Counted from the first letter of the stretch, positions 1-14,000 are shown. The stretch is 64,000 nucleotides of DNA from Podarcis tiliguerta (GCA_965153285.1 OZ229112.1); one strand, 5' to 3'. A program made the numbers and translations. Notes: generated from the sequence alone by a model not told the origin.

Positions 1-75
1 CTGGAGGGCCAAGTTTGGCCACCACTGATGTATCAGAAGGGTCCTGGCTCCTTTGGTTTATGTTGAATGATTGTT

Positions 76-820
76 TGTCATGGACTGGCTGGATGCAGAG
101 GAGTGGTGGGAGGCATCAGCTGGGGAACCACCAAGCAAACCCCCAAGGGAAGAAAGCTCAGAGCTGGGGGGTTGGTAGTGGGACAGCAATGAGTGATCAG
201 AGGGAGAAGAGGATACCGACTGGTAGGAGGAGATGTCAGAAGCTGAAGAGGTAATGGTATAGTGAACAGGAAGAGGCTGTGGCAGAGAGCAATTCAGACT
301 CTGAGGCAGAAGCAGAGTGGAGGCAGGCTGCTGAAGAATCCAGGGAGTCTCCACCTCCTGCAATGACTAGCTTTCCTCCTCCCTGGTCTCCCAGAACCCA
401 AAGAGGTATGAAGAGGGTGGAGCAAAGAGACACTAGACAACGGAGTCTCAGGTTGCTGGGGAAGGACCTGAGGGAATAGGAGCCTTAGAAAGTGGTGGAA
501 AGCAGGGAACTTCAGTCCTGACAACTGCCTCATTGGGGCAAGACCTACTGAGAAAAGTCACTGTGATCACTAGGCACAGTGTGATCACTAAGTGAGCTTC
601 TGATCCCAATATCTAGAAGCACTTCTGTCTCTAGAAATAGCTAACATTCTCTCCTGAAAGAACCATAAGTGTTTGAATCTTATTCTTGGCAAGATGTTGA
701 GATGCAGTGCCCTTGAAGCTAGTCAGAGGCTGACCTGCATATGAGTGTGCCAGGGGTGTGAGTAAGGGTTCCATCTTTACAACGTAAGAGTAGACCCACC
801 CTGCCCCGGCCAGCAGATTC
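76..820 (+). mobile_element. LTR-like interspersed repeat (possible solo LTR), unclassified
   Basis: Begins TGTCA, has a purine-rich body, and resembles repeats I associate with lizard genomes. No clear TSD; 3' end approximate. Confidence 0.4.
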
Positions 821-2744
821 ACTTGCAGGGGAGCATTGCTCAGTTTGCTGTTTGAACCAGGAGGCTTGGGTGACGGACTTCCGAAGAGGGTATCTTGCTA
901 AACGTGCGCACCTTGAGCCTGCTGTTCAATGTTGTGAGAGCCAACACTGTCAGCTTACCCAGTATCTCTTTAACAGAGCTACAGAGTCAACATCTGAACC
1001 TAGAAGTGGAGCCCCGACCAGCAGTTTCTTCTAGAATGCAGTGTTGACTGCAGCGGCTGTCCCTGGAACGCAGCCCAGGGAGAGAACAGCTGGTCCAAGC
1101 ATGCCAAAGGCCTTTCCTGAACTGTAATGGCCTCACCTCACCTGCCCTTCCCTTGCTATTTGACACTCCTTTTCTCACTCCTCATTGTTGATTCCCCGGC
1201 CTTTGCCCTAGTCATATCTGTCTAATGTAGATTGCAAGCTCCCTGGGTGGGGACTGAATTATTATTGTTCTGTGGAACCCCTGCTGCCGCAGCGTTCCCA
1301 CTGCTAAACGTCTTGGCAATACAATACTTTGAATTACGAACCTCAAGATTTAAGTCACGTAACAGGAGTGACTGTTCTTGGGACAAATTCCAGAGTGAGA
1401 GCCCTTCTGTCCTCCTGCTCTGAATCACGAGTGCAGCAGCAGCAGCATATGATGATTGTTGCTACCCTGTAAGTCACATTTCAAATGATATAATTACCGA
1501 ACGCTCTCTACTGGGAGCTAACTCACTTTATACTTTTAGGTGCATGCTTGCCTCGCTAACATTTGCAGTCTCAGAGTTCATTGCACGGTGACAATCCTGT
1601 GTCCTGTATCGTGTCTTCGTTTTGATCCATTGGTACTTTGCCATCTAGTTCAGAGGCTGAATATGTTCCGAGCTGGCAAGCAAACTCGGATCCATGTTAG
1701 CAGCTTTCGCCAGATGGTGGTGTGCTGTTTTGAACTAAGCATCAGTGGAACAAGCATACATGGGCTGATGAGGTATACTATTCCACTTGTTTTTGCCAAA
1801 AAACCATGCAATGCACTGAGTGGCCATCTTGGCCACATGGTATAGCTGAATGAGAGAGGGAGAGGGTATTTCGAGGGAGGCAATAAGGCGGCAAACACTG
1901 GTGTGTATGTGTGTTTGTTTTTCTGTGTGCATTCAGTTTTAGCAGTTTGACGGGCAAACATAACTTGACTGCAAGTCATGAACTTCATTGAATTTCATCC
2001 AAAAAAGACACAGCTGAGCAATCTACAGGAAGCAATCTTTTCCTAGAAGTATGCCGTTCCAAACTGTACAAGTTATTGTGCAGCTCGTAAAAGTGTCTGC
2101 ACAGCTAAACCTGGACAGTTGGGTCCTGTTCAGATTTTTATATTCATCAGAACTGGGCTTCCAATATGGAAAAAAAAAATACCCACATTGTGCAGTGAAA
2201 GAACAGTGACAGGAACCCTTGGTTGTTTCTGGTTGCAGCTGTTTACTGAAGTTTTTTTTTTTTTTTGCAAAATATGGAAAAATGTGAGAATGTTAGTTCA
2301 GTAATGGTTCCAAGCTCGACTCGTGGAAAATATGACAGTGTTTCCATCAGCAGTTAAGAACAAGTTGGGTCTTTTATTTCTGCAGGGGAGGTGGCATGCA
2401 GTTTGCCCTACACAGGAAATTGTCAACGGTAACCTGCAAGCAGCTGTGCGATGACTGCATGTAGGAGGGAAGAGTTCAAAGCTTTCCTGTCCTGATATTT
2501 ACTGATGGCTTTAGCTTTTTCAAGTTAAGACCAAATATAAATGAGGATGTATAAAATGTTGCTGATCTAAGCTAGTGCAGATAGTTCTCATGGAACGGAG
2601 ACCCAAATACGTGGCATACTTGAAATTATATAATCTGTGCACATTCACACGCAATAGATAAACTACCTGCAACTTCTGGGGACACGGGAGAGTTGAAGGG
2701 ACATTTAGGCAGACGTGTGCAGTGGGCACAGTTGGGTACACTTC

Positions 2745-3410
2745 CCCAGGGCCTCAGAGAGCTAATTCAGCCCAGGGGCCCTTCCAGGGACCAGCGGCTC
2801 TGTCGTTTGAGTTTATAACTTTATTCTAACAAGACTCCCACCCCGGGCCTCAGATGGTGGTCAGCCCCTCCATTCAGACTTTACCTTTCTTGCCCACCAC
2901 CACTGAAACGGGGGCAGCACCCTTGCAACTTCCTGCTACCTGCCTACCAAGACAAATTCTAGCACCACCATGACTATATGCAGCTGGGCAAATAGGGTCA
3001 CAGATAATAAGCTGTATTATGTAGCTCACATTGCCAGGCAGAAGACAATAGTGCCATTGCAACACTTCTCTCTGCCTCTCACTCAGGGGGAACATCACCA
3101 ACCCAAATGTCCCATCTCTTAGGCTCTCACCCTGGGTAAAGGTCACAGGCTTATTGCCCCCAGTGCAAAGCCTACAATTTCATATCCTGACAGGCAGGGT
3201 GGGCACACAGGAAACTTACTGAAGTGTAGACCCAAAGGGGGGAGGGAAATCCCATTTGGTGTCTCTCCCTTTGGGGACAACGCTGCCACAGGTTGACCCT
3301 GCCATCCGCATTGCTGCCTGTTCTTATATACTCAGGCAGGCTGTGGACCACACCCCAGCTGTATCCACTCGCCTGTTTTGGCTGCCCCACTCCAGCCAGT
3401 AGGTGGGCAG
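2745..3410 (-). mobile_element. GC-richer LTR/DIRS-like terminal fragment
   Basis: Composition shift and a minus-strand AATAAAGTT near 2816-2824, similar in layout to the element at 6462. Family and limits uncertain. Confidence 0.25.
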
Positions 3411-5094
3411 TCACATTTTACACCTATTGTAGTTTCCGAAGCATTTTACGTGGCGGTCCCAAAACCAGTCGAGCGTAAGTCACTTGTGCATGGATTGCAA
3501 CATAATCTGTTTATTCTGCCAATTGAGTTAGCTATGGATGGATTCTAATTTCACACAAATCCCTCCATCATCCCAAAAAGAGAGAAAGCACAATCATTAT
3601 ATAAAGGATTCGTCTTCTGCTATAGCTGATAATATGGTTGCAAAATGGAAAGTTTTAGTGGCTTTTGTTTGTTTTGTTGCCGGTTTCAGATGTTCCTTCT
3701 GTTTCCACTGACATATGTACGGATGCAACAGCATGTATATTATGTTACATTTTAGATAGGCCATAGCAAATTATTTGTAGAAAGCTAATAGCAATATTTA
3801 AATCAAGGAATAGAAAGCTTTGTCCTTGTTTAGCCAAAAGTTATAAGGCGCTTGTCTAGATAGCGTTTCTCAGACTCTCTGAATTCAGCTCTTGTTTCCT
3901 TTTACATTTATCCTGCTTTCCAACCTTGTCCCCACCTCATGCCCAAACCAGGCCAGTTGGCAGGTGAGAGAGGGCACAGAGCTTTGTCCACAAGAAACTG
4001 TGGAATGAGTTTGAGGGATATTTGAGTAAGAGGGTTATAGTTTGAGTCACTCACCTGCCAGACCCAACAGAGGATTGCATAAAATGAACTCAGTGCTAGG
4101 AAGTAGCCCCGCCCCTTTCCACTGTGATGTGATGTCAGTAATGCTACTTATGTGCATGAGTCCTGATCACATGCAAATTTGAGGCAGGCTACAGCTAGAC
4201 GGATGTTGAGAATTTACCTCTGGTCACGTTGTGTGACCAGAGCAATTCGTGTGCGGTTAAGGTCATGATTTCCACCCACCCATCCAGACACGCATGAAAA
4301 ATTGCTCTCGCCTGTGTCTTGGAGAAGTCTGCTAACGGCTCCGCAGAGAGCCAGCTGCACCTTGTGTTGTATTTAGACTGTGGTCTGAGATGGTCTTTAA
4401 GTCTTTATGCGTCCTTTCGTTGCTCACAAAGAGCCAAATTAATGAGACCTCATCAATGTGCAATTTGAATCAGGGCGATCCGCTAAAGAGCATGTAGAAA
4501 TCAAACGTGAAGGGGCTGCATTCAATTCTCTGCTGAATGGCAAGCTTTTGTAAAGTCCAAAGCAGGTGACACTCCACCTTAGGTTTTCATCACTAAATGG
4601 GATTATAAATTTCCCCTGCTGGAGTTGATCATCTTAAATGAAGTTTCTGACACATGCCACAAGTAGGGTTATAGAATACCACTGCTGCTCCCATTGGCCA
4701 CTTATTTCACATGTTCGATAGGCAAAGGGCTAACAGATTGCATGCAGGACTGGGCAAAGGAGTACGCGACGACAAACGTTGAATGCGGGAGAGCAAATAG
4801 GTTTTTCAGAGGGCAGAAGAAGAGCTTAAATATTTGTGTTTTTTGTTTAAATGGGGGGGGGTGTTTATTCAGCATCTTTGGTATGTGTGACACTACATCC
4901 ATCCATCCACCCATCTATCCAGAGAGAATATAGGTTTCTGCTCCAAGGAGCTTACAGATCTGAGTGGTATTCAACTAAGTTGTACTCAGAGTAGAACTAC
5001 AGGAATTAAGGTGCCTAACTTAGTCATTTTCATTAAGTTCAGTGTGTGTACTGTTAAGTGCTACCATGTATTTATTATTTTATTCATTTAAGAT

Positions 5095-5305
5095 CCAGTG
5101 GTGGTGTAGTGGTTAGAGTGTCAGACTAGGGCCTGGGAGACCGGGGTTCTTATCCCCGCTCTGCTATGAATCTCACTGGGTGCCCTTGGGCCAGCCACTG
5201 TCTCTTAGCCCTCACAGGGTTGTTGTGAGGACAAAATAGGGAGGGGAGGGAAACCATGTATGCCACCCTCAACTCCTTGGAGGGAAGGTGGGATAGAAAA
5301 CAAAA
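5095..5305 (+). mobile_element. tRNA-derived SINE with L2-type tail (squamate SINE)
   Basis: Box A TGGTGTAGTGG, box B GGTTCTTATCCC, core cctcacagggttgttgtgagga, tail ccttggagggaaggtgggata followed by A/T-rich end. Confidence 0.85.
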
Positions 5306-6219
5306 TTTAAATATATAATATATGTATTATTTTAACCATGCTCATAGGGTTGTTTGAATAAATATTTGCTACAAAAACTGGATGCTGAGTGCAGAAAGCT
5401 TCCCAAATAAATAAATAATGGCCGTTTTACCGAGAACCTTTGTCCTGCTAGTCATCAGCTTGGTGCTTCCAGCTCTTGAAATATATATATAATTTTGATG
5501 TTTAGTGAGGGCTGCCTTCAGTGCAGGTTTGGGCATGGTTAAAGTGTGATCTTTTGTGGAAACATGAGCACTGTTAATGATGAAACCAGAGCTTTGTTAA
5601 TAATGCATTATAATTATTGCTTCTGTCAGGCAAGTATCTCATATTTCTTCTATTTTAGCCAGAGAATCCCAGTTAAACTGACTTGGTTTGATATGGTTCT
5701 TTTCTATACCCCTTTTTATTTTATTTTGTTTTTGTGACTGGGGAGCCTTTTTCAAGGTCAGTGTGCCTTTGCAATGTAAGTGCATCTGTTTAGCTTGGTG
5801 AAATACGTAGGCAGAGAATAGCCTACGTAATGAGCAAATGAGGGAACACAATCTTAATAATACAAGGCACCTGATTGGCCCTGCCCTTTCCTCAAACAAT
5901 GGAGATGTACGTCATTCTCCAGGACAAACAGTGCCTGTGGCACCGTGCTTCCCATGTTTGAACTGCTTTCCTGGGTGAAATCATCCACATATATTTCTGT
6001 GCATTACGAATAAAGCTTCTTATCCAACGTGTCAGTCAAACGCATAAACATTTAAATGCTACCTAGGTGGAGAGCAGGGCTGTCCTCTCTTTTGGGGAGG
6101 GAGGTGCGACGGAGCACAATCTTTGGGTGATGAAGATCCCAGGTTCAACATTGGTCATTTCTAGTTATACAGGGCAGGCATCCAAGGAATGGGAAAGTCC
6201 TTTCTCTGTCTCAGGTCTG

Positions 6220-6461
6220 GGGATGGACAATATCTGGTTTTCAACATTGCGATATATCACCAGCTAAACATTGTGATATACCGATATATCACGATGTCTG
6301 TAATAAGGATGGAGTTATGTAGAGGCACTGGCTGGCTTCACGGTTTTCCCCATGTCATGATGTTTTGCATAACAAACACACACACACCCCACAATTCATG
6401 ATATATTGCCAGGCCAAAAATTATGAAACTGGTATCACCATATAGACTTCAAATTGGTTTT
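6220..6461. mobile_element. Non-autonomous DNA-transposon-like element (GATATATC-rich)
   Basis: Starts ggggatggacaatatc with repeated gatatatc/cgatat motifs. A related start (gggcgatatctgg) lies at ~8542. Confidence 0.4.
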
Positions 6462-6840
6462 GGCCCTGTCCGAAGCCTATGGAGGTGAGGGCCTAAGGCA
6501 CACCCCCGAGCGGTGACCCTGGGGGAGTTCCTAGTTGATGTGCATCAGCAGGACTCCCCCTACTGGTGGTAAACCCTTCCCGGACTTCAAGCGGACGGGC
6601 TGAAGCCGGATAGTCTGTTAGGACCAATGCCTAAGGCAATACCGCTCATCACCTGTAACCAATAGAGTTGTGACCATATGTAGCCCATTAACCTTAAATA
6701 ATTGTGTCATGTGTCTTTATTTCCACTGGGGGGGGGGGGGCCACCACACAACAACCAGCACTCGCCTTGGATAATTAGCCAGATCAGGGATCCGGGTCCG
6801 GGTCAGTGGGTAAATGCAGGGGTGGGTTTTGAGTGGACAC
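6462..6840 (+). mobile_element. LTR/DIRS-like terminal repeat fragment
   Basis: CpG-containing, GC-rich block with a degenerate polyA-like aatagagttgtgacc and a G13 run, distinct from its flanks. Confidence 0.35.
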
Positions 6841-7208
6841 TAGGTGGGTCAGGAGGTAGAGAACATAGCCGTGTCTCGCAGGTTATAGGTTGAAGCATGG
6901 CAGATCTGGGCACCAGTTCATTAGGAGGCTAAATTAAACCCTCTACTGTACTTCAAAAAAACAAAGCAAAAACAACTACAACAAACCCACACCTGGTTTA
7001 TTCCACAAAATTATAGATGTGAATAAATACTTAAAGTATGGTCCAGTTGTCAAACCATAAAATCTGATGCTTTCAGATACTTTGGAGATGGTTGGCAAGC
7101 TTTGGAAGGGTGTTGGTTTTTAACTAGGGAAATGATGCCAATTGAAGAACTGAACTTTTTCTTCAATCTAGTTTGGATCTTCCACGCCATAACTTTAGCC
7201 TGGCCATT

Positions 7209-7460
7209 GAAGAAGAAGAAGAAGAGTTTGGATTTGATATCCCGCCTTTCACTCCTTTTAAGGAGTCTCAAAGCGGCTAACACTCTCCTTTCCCTTCCTC
7301 CCCCACAACAAACACTCTGTGAGGTGAGTGGGGCTGAGAGACTTCAAAGAAGTGTGGCTGGCCCAAGGTCACCCAGCAGCTGCATGTGGAGGAGCGGAGA
7401 CGTGAACCCGGTTCCCCAGATTACAAGACTACCGCTCTTAACCACTACACCACACTGGCT
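7209..7460 (-). mobile_element. Young tRNA-derived SINE with (CTT)n tail (lacertid-type)
   Basis: Minus strand begins AGCCAGTGTGGTGTAGTGGTTAAGAGCGG, with box B GGTTCACGTCTCC and a (CTT)n tail at 7209-7224. Confidence 0.88.
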
Positions 7461-10400
7461 CTTTTTCTATTTTGCTTTGTGGCACCCACTGCTTTAGTTG
7501 AATCTCTGTTGTTATGGTTTGTTTGTTTTTACTGTCTTACTTGTTTTAAAATTATTTTGCTTGTTTTTATAACTTGCATATTGCATTGTAACCTGCCCTG
7601 GTACCTTGTGGTGAAGGGCACGTTAAGAAATCTTACATTTAAATAAATGTAGTGTGGTCTTTGGGGAGTTGCCACATGATGGCGCTAGAGACCTGGATGC
7701 CGCTGTGTTGGCTGGCGTCTTATCTGGGCAAACAAGGATCAGCAGTTACCTTAGTGACTTCCGGAGCTTGAAATTGTGAGGGATCATCAGGAGATCAGCA
7801 AGTTCTGGGGAGAAGAGTGACATTCTTGCTATTTGATCACAAGAAGGATGTGCGTCTTTAGAGATGGCCCTGGAAAAAACCTGGGGAAAATGGGATCACA
7901 GGCACCTGATCTCCACCGTCAGCTAGCAGCTTTGTATGGGTGCCAAACCACTATAATTTAATCCCTGAAAAACCAGTAGCAATCACTATGATGATGATGT
8001 AGTTTCCTCCATTTATGGGTCTTTGGAACCTTTCGTCATTGTCCAATAATTAGCTGGAATATCTTGCCACTGTCTTCTCTCTTGAAACGTAAGAGGCATT
8101 TTGTGGTATTGAGAAGAGATAGGTGCAACAGTGGTTGACAGCGTTTATCTGACCTTTAGCCACCCATGATGCCGTGGTGCACTGGGAGTGACAGTGGGAG
8201 GGGCTAGGACTTGGTGGTGCAAACACACTAGTAGGAGCCCTGGATTGGCTCTGCCAGTGCGTTTGCACCACGATGACCTTCCTGCTGCCTCTCCTTCCTG
8301 GTACACCCCAGTGAGTACATGACAGGTAAGTGCTGCCGCCCCAACATGGGAAGAGAGGAGGGCTGGAAGAGGAAATAACTCTTCAGTCTTTGGCAAATTT
8401 GGTCTTTTCTTTTTGGTTTTCCTTCTGAGGAAGGCCAAATGAGGGGGGTAGTGCAGATCTCCGCAGGCTCCAGTGTTCTGTATCATGGCTTACAGCTTCT
8501 TTTCAAACCCTTCCTTGATTCGGGTGGTGTCTGGAATGCATGGGCGATATCTGGAAAACTGTAAGTGCTCACTTTGTAAATGGGTACATTATCAATAAAA
8601 CTTTCATTTTTGGTGGGTGGGGGCATAAAAAAGCAGGGGAGGAATTATACATAAACTTTTATGTTGCCGAAATTGCTGTGGCACTTCCTGACAGCTAGTC
8701 ATGAAATATGCCGAAAGAAGACTGGAAGGATACTTTGAGTACACATCAGTGAAAGGGTTAGAGCACCCCTGAATAAAAAACCATATCCCGTGAAATATCG
8801 GTCCTAGTCTGGGCAAAATATTTATGTGCCTGGCTTGCAGGATGCAAACAGTTATGGCCAGCCAAGACACAAGAGTTTTATGGCATCTCTAATTACATAC
8901 CACATTACTTCATTGCATTGTGTTATACATTATGCATTATATTAACCAATCAGGAACTTAAAGAACTTCAGCCCACTGTGTGTAGCTCATCACTTCAACA
9001 GGAACTGCTTCGTCTGCTGTAAATAATTAATTGCTACCACGATAATCTTGCCTGCCTGCAATGCCATACATGCATATGTATCTAGTAGCGGTGTATATCC
9101 TCCTTTTGCATATACATGCCCATCCTGCCTGCTTTTTAAACTCGTGGGCAATTATAGGAGTTTAGTAGGTGTTACAAGATCTGCTAGTGTGCCTGTACAC
9201 ACATGAATGTGAACAGCTGTTCTGGCCATGTATTCACTGCAGACTTAGCAATGAGCAGTACATTTCTTTTGATCTTGACTAGAGACATTTGTGTACACCT
9301 AGGCTGAATTGCATTGGCTTTTAAGACCTTGCTTGTTCTGGAAGAACTTGGCACTGACCAATAAGGAAACCAGCATCAGTTGCTTACTTTGGAGAGTTAG
9401 CAGGAACCACACCATTATTTCAGTTGTTGGCATCTGTCTATCCCAAGAGACAATAAAGGGGTGCGCCTTTTGGGGTGAAATCAGACTGTTGGAAAGCTGC
9501 AGCACCTGCTGTGGCTGTAGAGACCAATGTAGGAGAGACATGTTTTGTTGCAGCTAGGGCAGATGAAGGCGAGAGAGAGGGAGCTTGTTAAAATAATCTT
9601 TCCACCTGTCAAAATGTGGGTAAAATTATTGTTTACCTGATATGGTTAGTTGTGCAACTGCAGCATGACTCCTTCCTTTCAACCACTGATGGTCTCTGGG
9701 TTCCTTGTGAACCCACCAAAATATGGCTTTAAAATATAAAGATGATTCCTTTACAAAAACACTGGTGAGGTATTGATCCATAGCAGAGTCCTAAGTAGTC
9801 CCAAAGTAACTAGGGTCATGGGGAGGGTTGAGGAAAGATATGTGTCAAGTTAAGCTCAAGTGGAGGAAATTCTGGAGGCATCCTGAGTCAAGTTAATTGA
9901 GTGTCATGCCACAAGTTGAAAGCCAAACCATGGGGCAGCTCTGCCCTACCAGTGCTCCTGCTTTCTCTAAAAACTTGGGAATTCTAAGGAAATGGAGAAA
10001 TTATGGTGCAAATTGTGCTTGAGGGCTGGGAACCATTTACACACAATGCTACTTGTGATTGGCATGGGCTGGGATCATCACTTACTCACACAACAGAGGC
10101 TCTCTGTCATGGCCACCATGACACCCTCATTGCTCAGAGCAAAGCTAGATTGCACATAGTCTTCAGCCATGTACAGGGTTCCATCTAAACAAGTCCTCCG
10201 CAATAAGGGAGACCTAGAGAAAGGGAATTGGGAATGAAGCAAGAGGTTGCGGCTCTTATCTGACAGTCCGGATACCCTCTCTAAACATTGCCTGACCTGT
10301 CAGAGGAATAGAGAGAGCTGGAGGATGGTAACAATGCCATGAATGGATTAGCGTTTGGCTCCACATGTTATGGATTTGAGGACAGGAGAGAGCATGAGGC

Positions 10401-11049
10401 TTGCCAGGTACAGGAAGCAGCAGGTAGAAAGTAGCATCATGTGGTCTGGGAGAGGAAGGAGAGGGTGCAGGAAGAGGACAGTCCAAGAAGATGGTGCTGG
10501 TGGATGTGGGAGAAGGAAATGAATGAGGGCAATTGGAAACCTGTTGATAAGCTGCTTCCACTCCCAGAAAACAGACCATGTGCTAAAAATGTTACGTCCG
10601 GGGAAGAGGGGAAACCACATGTTTGGTTCTGGGGAAAAGTTACCTGCTGCCATGGGAGGAAGGGATTCAGATTTGTGAACCACTCTGGATTTTCCAGGGG
10701 GTCTTCTCTTGAGACATATACAGTACATCGCTTCTGGATGACTGGAGGCAGCAGAAGGAAACTAAATACAGTTTCTTTTGAGATGAGTGTGCCCACATTC
10801 AGAATAAATCTTTATGTGAATTTCTGTGACCTTACTACATGTGCAGTATGACAAATCTGTGCCTCTCTTCACAGTTCCTTCCGCTGCAGTCTGGCCCTTC
10901 ACTGAACTAAGTTGACTACCTCTGTTCTAAATATAGGCCATAGGTGGAAGTGGAAAGACCTAGTCATATGGGTTGGTGACATTCTTCCTTCCTCTCCCTC
11001 AGTCGCGTGGGGGCATGCCTTGAACCACCTGAACTTAACATTTGTTCCT

Positions 11050-11190
11050 TATTTGATTGATGCATTTGCAACTCGATCTTCTCTATGAGGAGGCCAAGGT
11101 GGGGTGATGAGAGGGTGTCCCCAAGAGGTCTCTCACCCTTTTACTACCCGGGGCCTAGACCACATTAGCTTCAGAGATGGAAATACATCA
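11050..11190 (-). mobile_element. 5S-rRNA-derived SINE (SINE3-like) remnant with L2-type tail
   Basis: Reverse complement of 11114-11178 (ATCTCTGAAGCTAATGTGGTCTAGGCCCCGGGTAGTAAAAGGGTGAGAGACCTCTTGGGGACACC) aligns by eye to the 5S rRNA internal control region. It is followed by a ccaccttggcctcctc...aaat tail. Confidence 0.6.
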
Positions 11191-12477
11191 GACTCCTTCA
11201 GCCCGCTCAGGTAGAATTTTCTCGATACTTCTCTTGGTTTGTAGCCTGCTGTCGTCTAGTATATAATACTTTTATGATTTGCAGTTGGACTTGTTAGGTG
11301 TTCATTTTTGAAAAGGCACTAGATTTTTATGTTTGTTAGCCTTTGTTCCTTAGGTCAGTTAGCTTTCTTATCTGAATTTTGTAATAAGTAGCTGTTCCCT
11401 GGTTCTTTAGAGATATCTAGAAGTAACGTGGATGTTTATCTTTTTCTCCTGCAAAAAAGAGAGAGAGAGTGAAAAGTGACAATTGCAGGAGCTTTAGTTA
11501 GCATAGATCTCAACGATGCTTGTTAGATACACCAGTGTCACTGTACTTAGCAGCACCACAGAGAAACTGCCATGTATAAGAATGTAACTGAGCAAGCAGA
11601 CAAGTATATTGAAAACCAGGATGCTGCTTTGCATTTAGGTGAGGTTAAAAAAAAACACCACCTAAAACATCAAGTGTTAGACTTGCTAAAAATATGAATA
11701 CAGTCATACCCAGTGGGTAGTCCTGGTTATATTTAGATTTTATGCTTGCCTTTATTTTTTAATGACACCTCCAGTGTACCTTCAGTTCTCAGCAAAGCAC
11801 TGCTTCCTGTGTTAGTAGGAAAGGAGGATCAGATCTTGTCAGGTGTCATTTATCATTGCATTGCAAATAGGTGGTTTTTGGGGTAGGAAGAACAAAGCTA
11901 ACAGTGAACAGCAAGGGCAAACTCTCTCTCCCCCCCCCCCCCACTACCCGGCAAAAAAAGACAACTGCTCTCCTTAAACAGTTTGCTCTTTGCAACTGCA
12001 GAGTCTTCTCTGATCACCCACGCTCATCTGGCTGCTGACGCTATAGGAGCTTCATTTGCATGAACTATTTTTGCAACTATTGTGTGTCTTTTGAGGAAAC
12101 AAGCAAGAAGACTGGCTTGTAGTGATTCACCATCTCAGGGCGCCCTAAAATGTGGAAGGGAGAAGAGAATAGACGTATGCATGCTGATTTCTCTTAAATG
12201 TTTCTGAGTGGCAGAGCTTGGCTCAGCAGCAAGGCACAAGGGCTGCTTCACACATTGCATGTGAACATGTCACATAGCCATGCAGCATGGGTGTAATTGC
12301 ATCAGATTGCCCTTTCCCATGTGCACAATTTGGCAGATGTGCCTTTGTCGACAAATAACATGCAAAGGAGTCCTAAATCAAATATATCTAGTGTAGTTTT
12401 TAATATACGATTTGCTTCAGAAAACCAGCATCTAGTTAGATGGAGCAGCATATATAACACAGGTGAGCAAACATATA

Positions 12478-12655
12478 CAGGTAGTGACCGATTTGCTCGT
12501 TACAGGCCGTTACAGGCCTTTGTATACATAAGCAAGGCCTGTGTAAGGCCACCCCGTTCCGCCCCTTTTTGGTGACATTTTGGGGTCACTTCCAGGTTCA
12601 GTGTGATGCGTGTGGTTGCTCACATATTGGACGTGCCCAAGATAGTTGCTGTCTG
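12478..12655. mobile_element. Degenerate TA-flanked Tc1/mariner-type MITE
   Basis: TA|CAGGTAGTGAC ... GTTGCTGTCTG|TA imperfect terminal inverted repeats. Confidence 0.4.
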
Positions 12656-12686
12656 TATGTAATTATTTATGGACAAGCCTGTGATA

Positions 12687-12805
12687 GAGCCAGTGTAGTG
12701 CAGTTGCTAGTATGATGGCCGGGCACTTGGGACGCTGAAGTTCAAATCCCCACTTGGTCTTGGAACATGCTTTGCAACTTTGGGGAAATCACTTTCTCTA
12801 ACCTT
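12687..12805 (+). mobile_element. Degenerate tRNA-derived SINE head
   Basis: gagccagtgtagtgcagt box A-like and agttcaaatcccc box B. Confidence 0.55.
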
Positions 12806-14000
12806 AATGAATTGTGTCGCTTTGGTTTTCTAGCATGGAAGAACTTAAAAATATTCAAGTAATGGAAACTCAGTAAGTTTTGGAAGTAGAATGTACCCTT
12901 TTCTACATTTAAAAAGTTTCTCCTGGTTGAGTTCATTCTGCATGTGGAAAAGGATTCTATATGAGCTAATGAGCTGGTATAACTATCCCGTGTGTGTGTG
13001 AGAGAGAGAAAGACACACACACACAACCATTCAGTCTTTCATGAAGAGCCAGTGAAAAGTCCTGGAAATTACATTCCTACATGGAAAAACTTGGGAAACA
13101 GTGTAGACTGCCAGCTACAAAGCCACAACCACAAGAGACTTATAACCTCTCTCTACCCTGCTTTATTAGCAAATATTGAACATCTGAAATAAAATGTATA
13201 TGATCTGGTAAAATAAATACTACTCCATCACTGGGAGATCCAAAGAAAGTTTTCACTTTGTTTCTTAATAATGCTTGATGAAAAGAGTAGAATACCAGAC
13301 CCTCCTCTTATTACAGGTTTGCAATTTGAAGTCCAAATGTTATACTGCTTGGGGTTGCCTGACTGTCAGTTGGAGAACCTTGTGTGTTAGTCAGAATGTT
13401 AGATGCCTCATACCAGGTCAGACTATTTGAACTGGATACCTTTCCTGTCACTGAGCTATGGTAACCCCCCGTCCCCTGCCACACACACACACTGCTGCCA
13501 GGCACAACTGGCAGAAGCAGAGAGACTCTCCATCAGATTGTGACAGTGTGCACAGGTAACTTCTAGTGGATGCTATAGGCACAGCATGCAGCACTTGACT
13601 TATGGAGACCTGCTACATGGAGGCAGATGAACCTCTAAAAGCAGGCTGTTCAAAGGTATGGGAACCACTACTAAAACGGCACTTTTTCCATTAAAGCAAT
13701 TCAGTTGATAATAAAATTATGGGTAAAACCCGTCCATCAAGACAAGCAAAGTGACCTCAGTCCCAAAAGAGGGCTCAAAACAAAACAAAAAACACCCAGC
13801 TGTGCTAATGGTTGTGAAAGGCAGACATAAAAGTTTTAGGAATTTCTTTAAGTGCTATCAGGGTGCATTTGACCCCACCTGAGTTAATGTTGAGTTAACC
13901 AGCCATGATAAAAAATGGGTGAAACAAAGTTTATTAGTGGTACCGATGGTGACTGTGGATGAACCAGCTTGACTGAGGCCTTCCTGGAACTTGGGCTGTG

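Noticed and set aside
1530-8095. Candidate further 5'UTR exons (acceptors near 1539 and 2385; donor AAC|GTAAGA at 8088)
   Set aside because: No convincing acceptor-donor pair. An upstream UTR exon may exist here, but it needs RNA-seq or alignment to place.
10256-10851. Cluster of 107-136 aa overlapping ORFs
   Set aside because: Purine/pyrimidine-biased intronic sequence with no recognisable protein similarity or exon structure.
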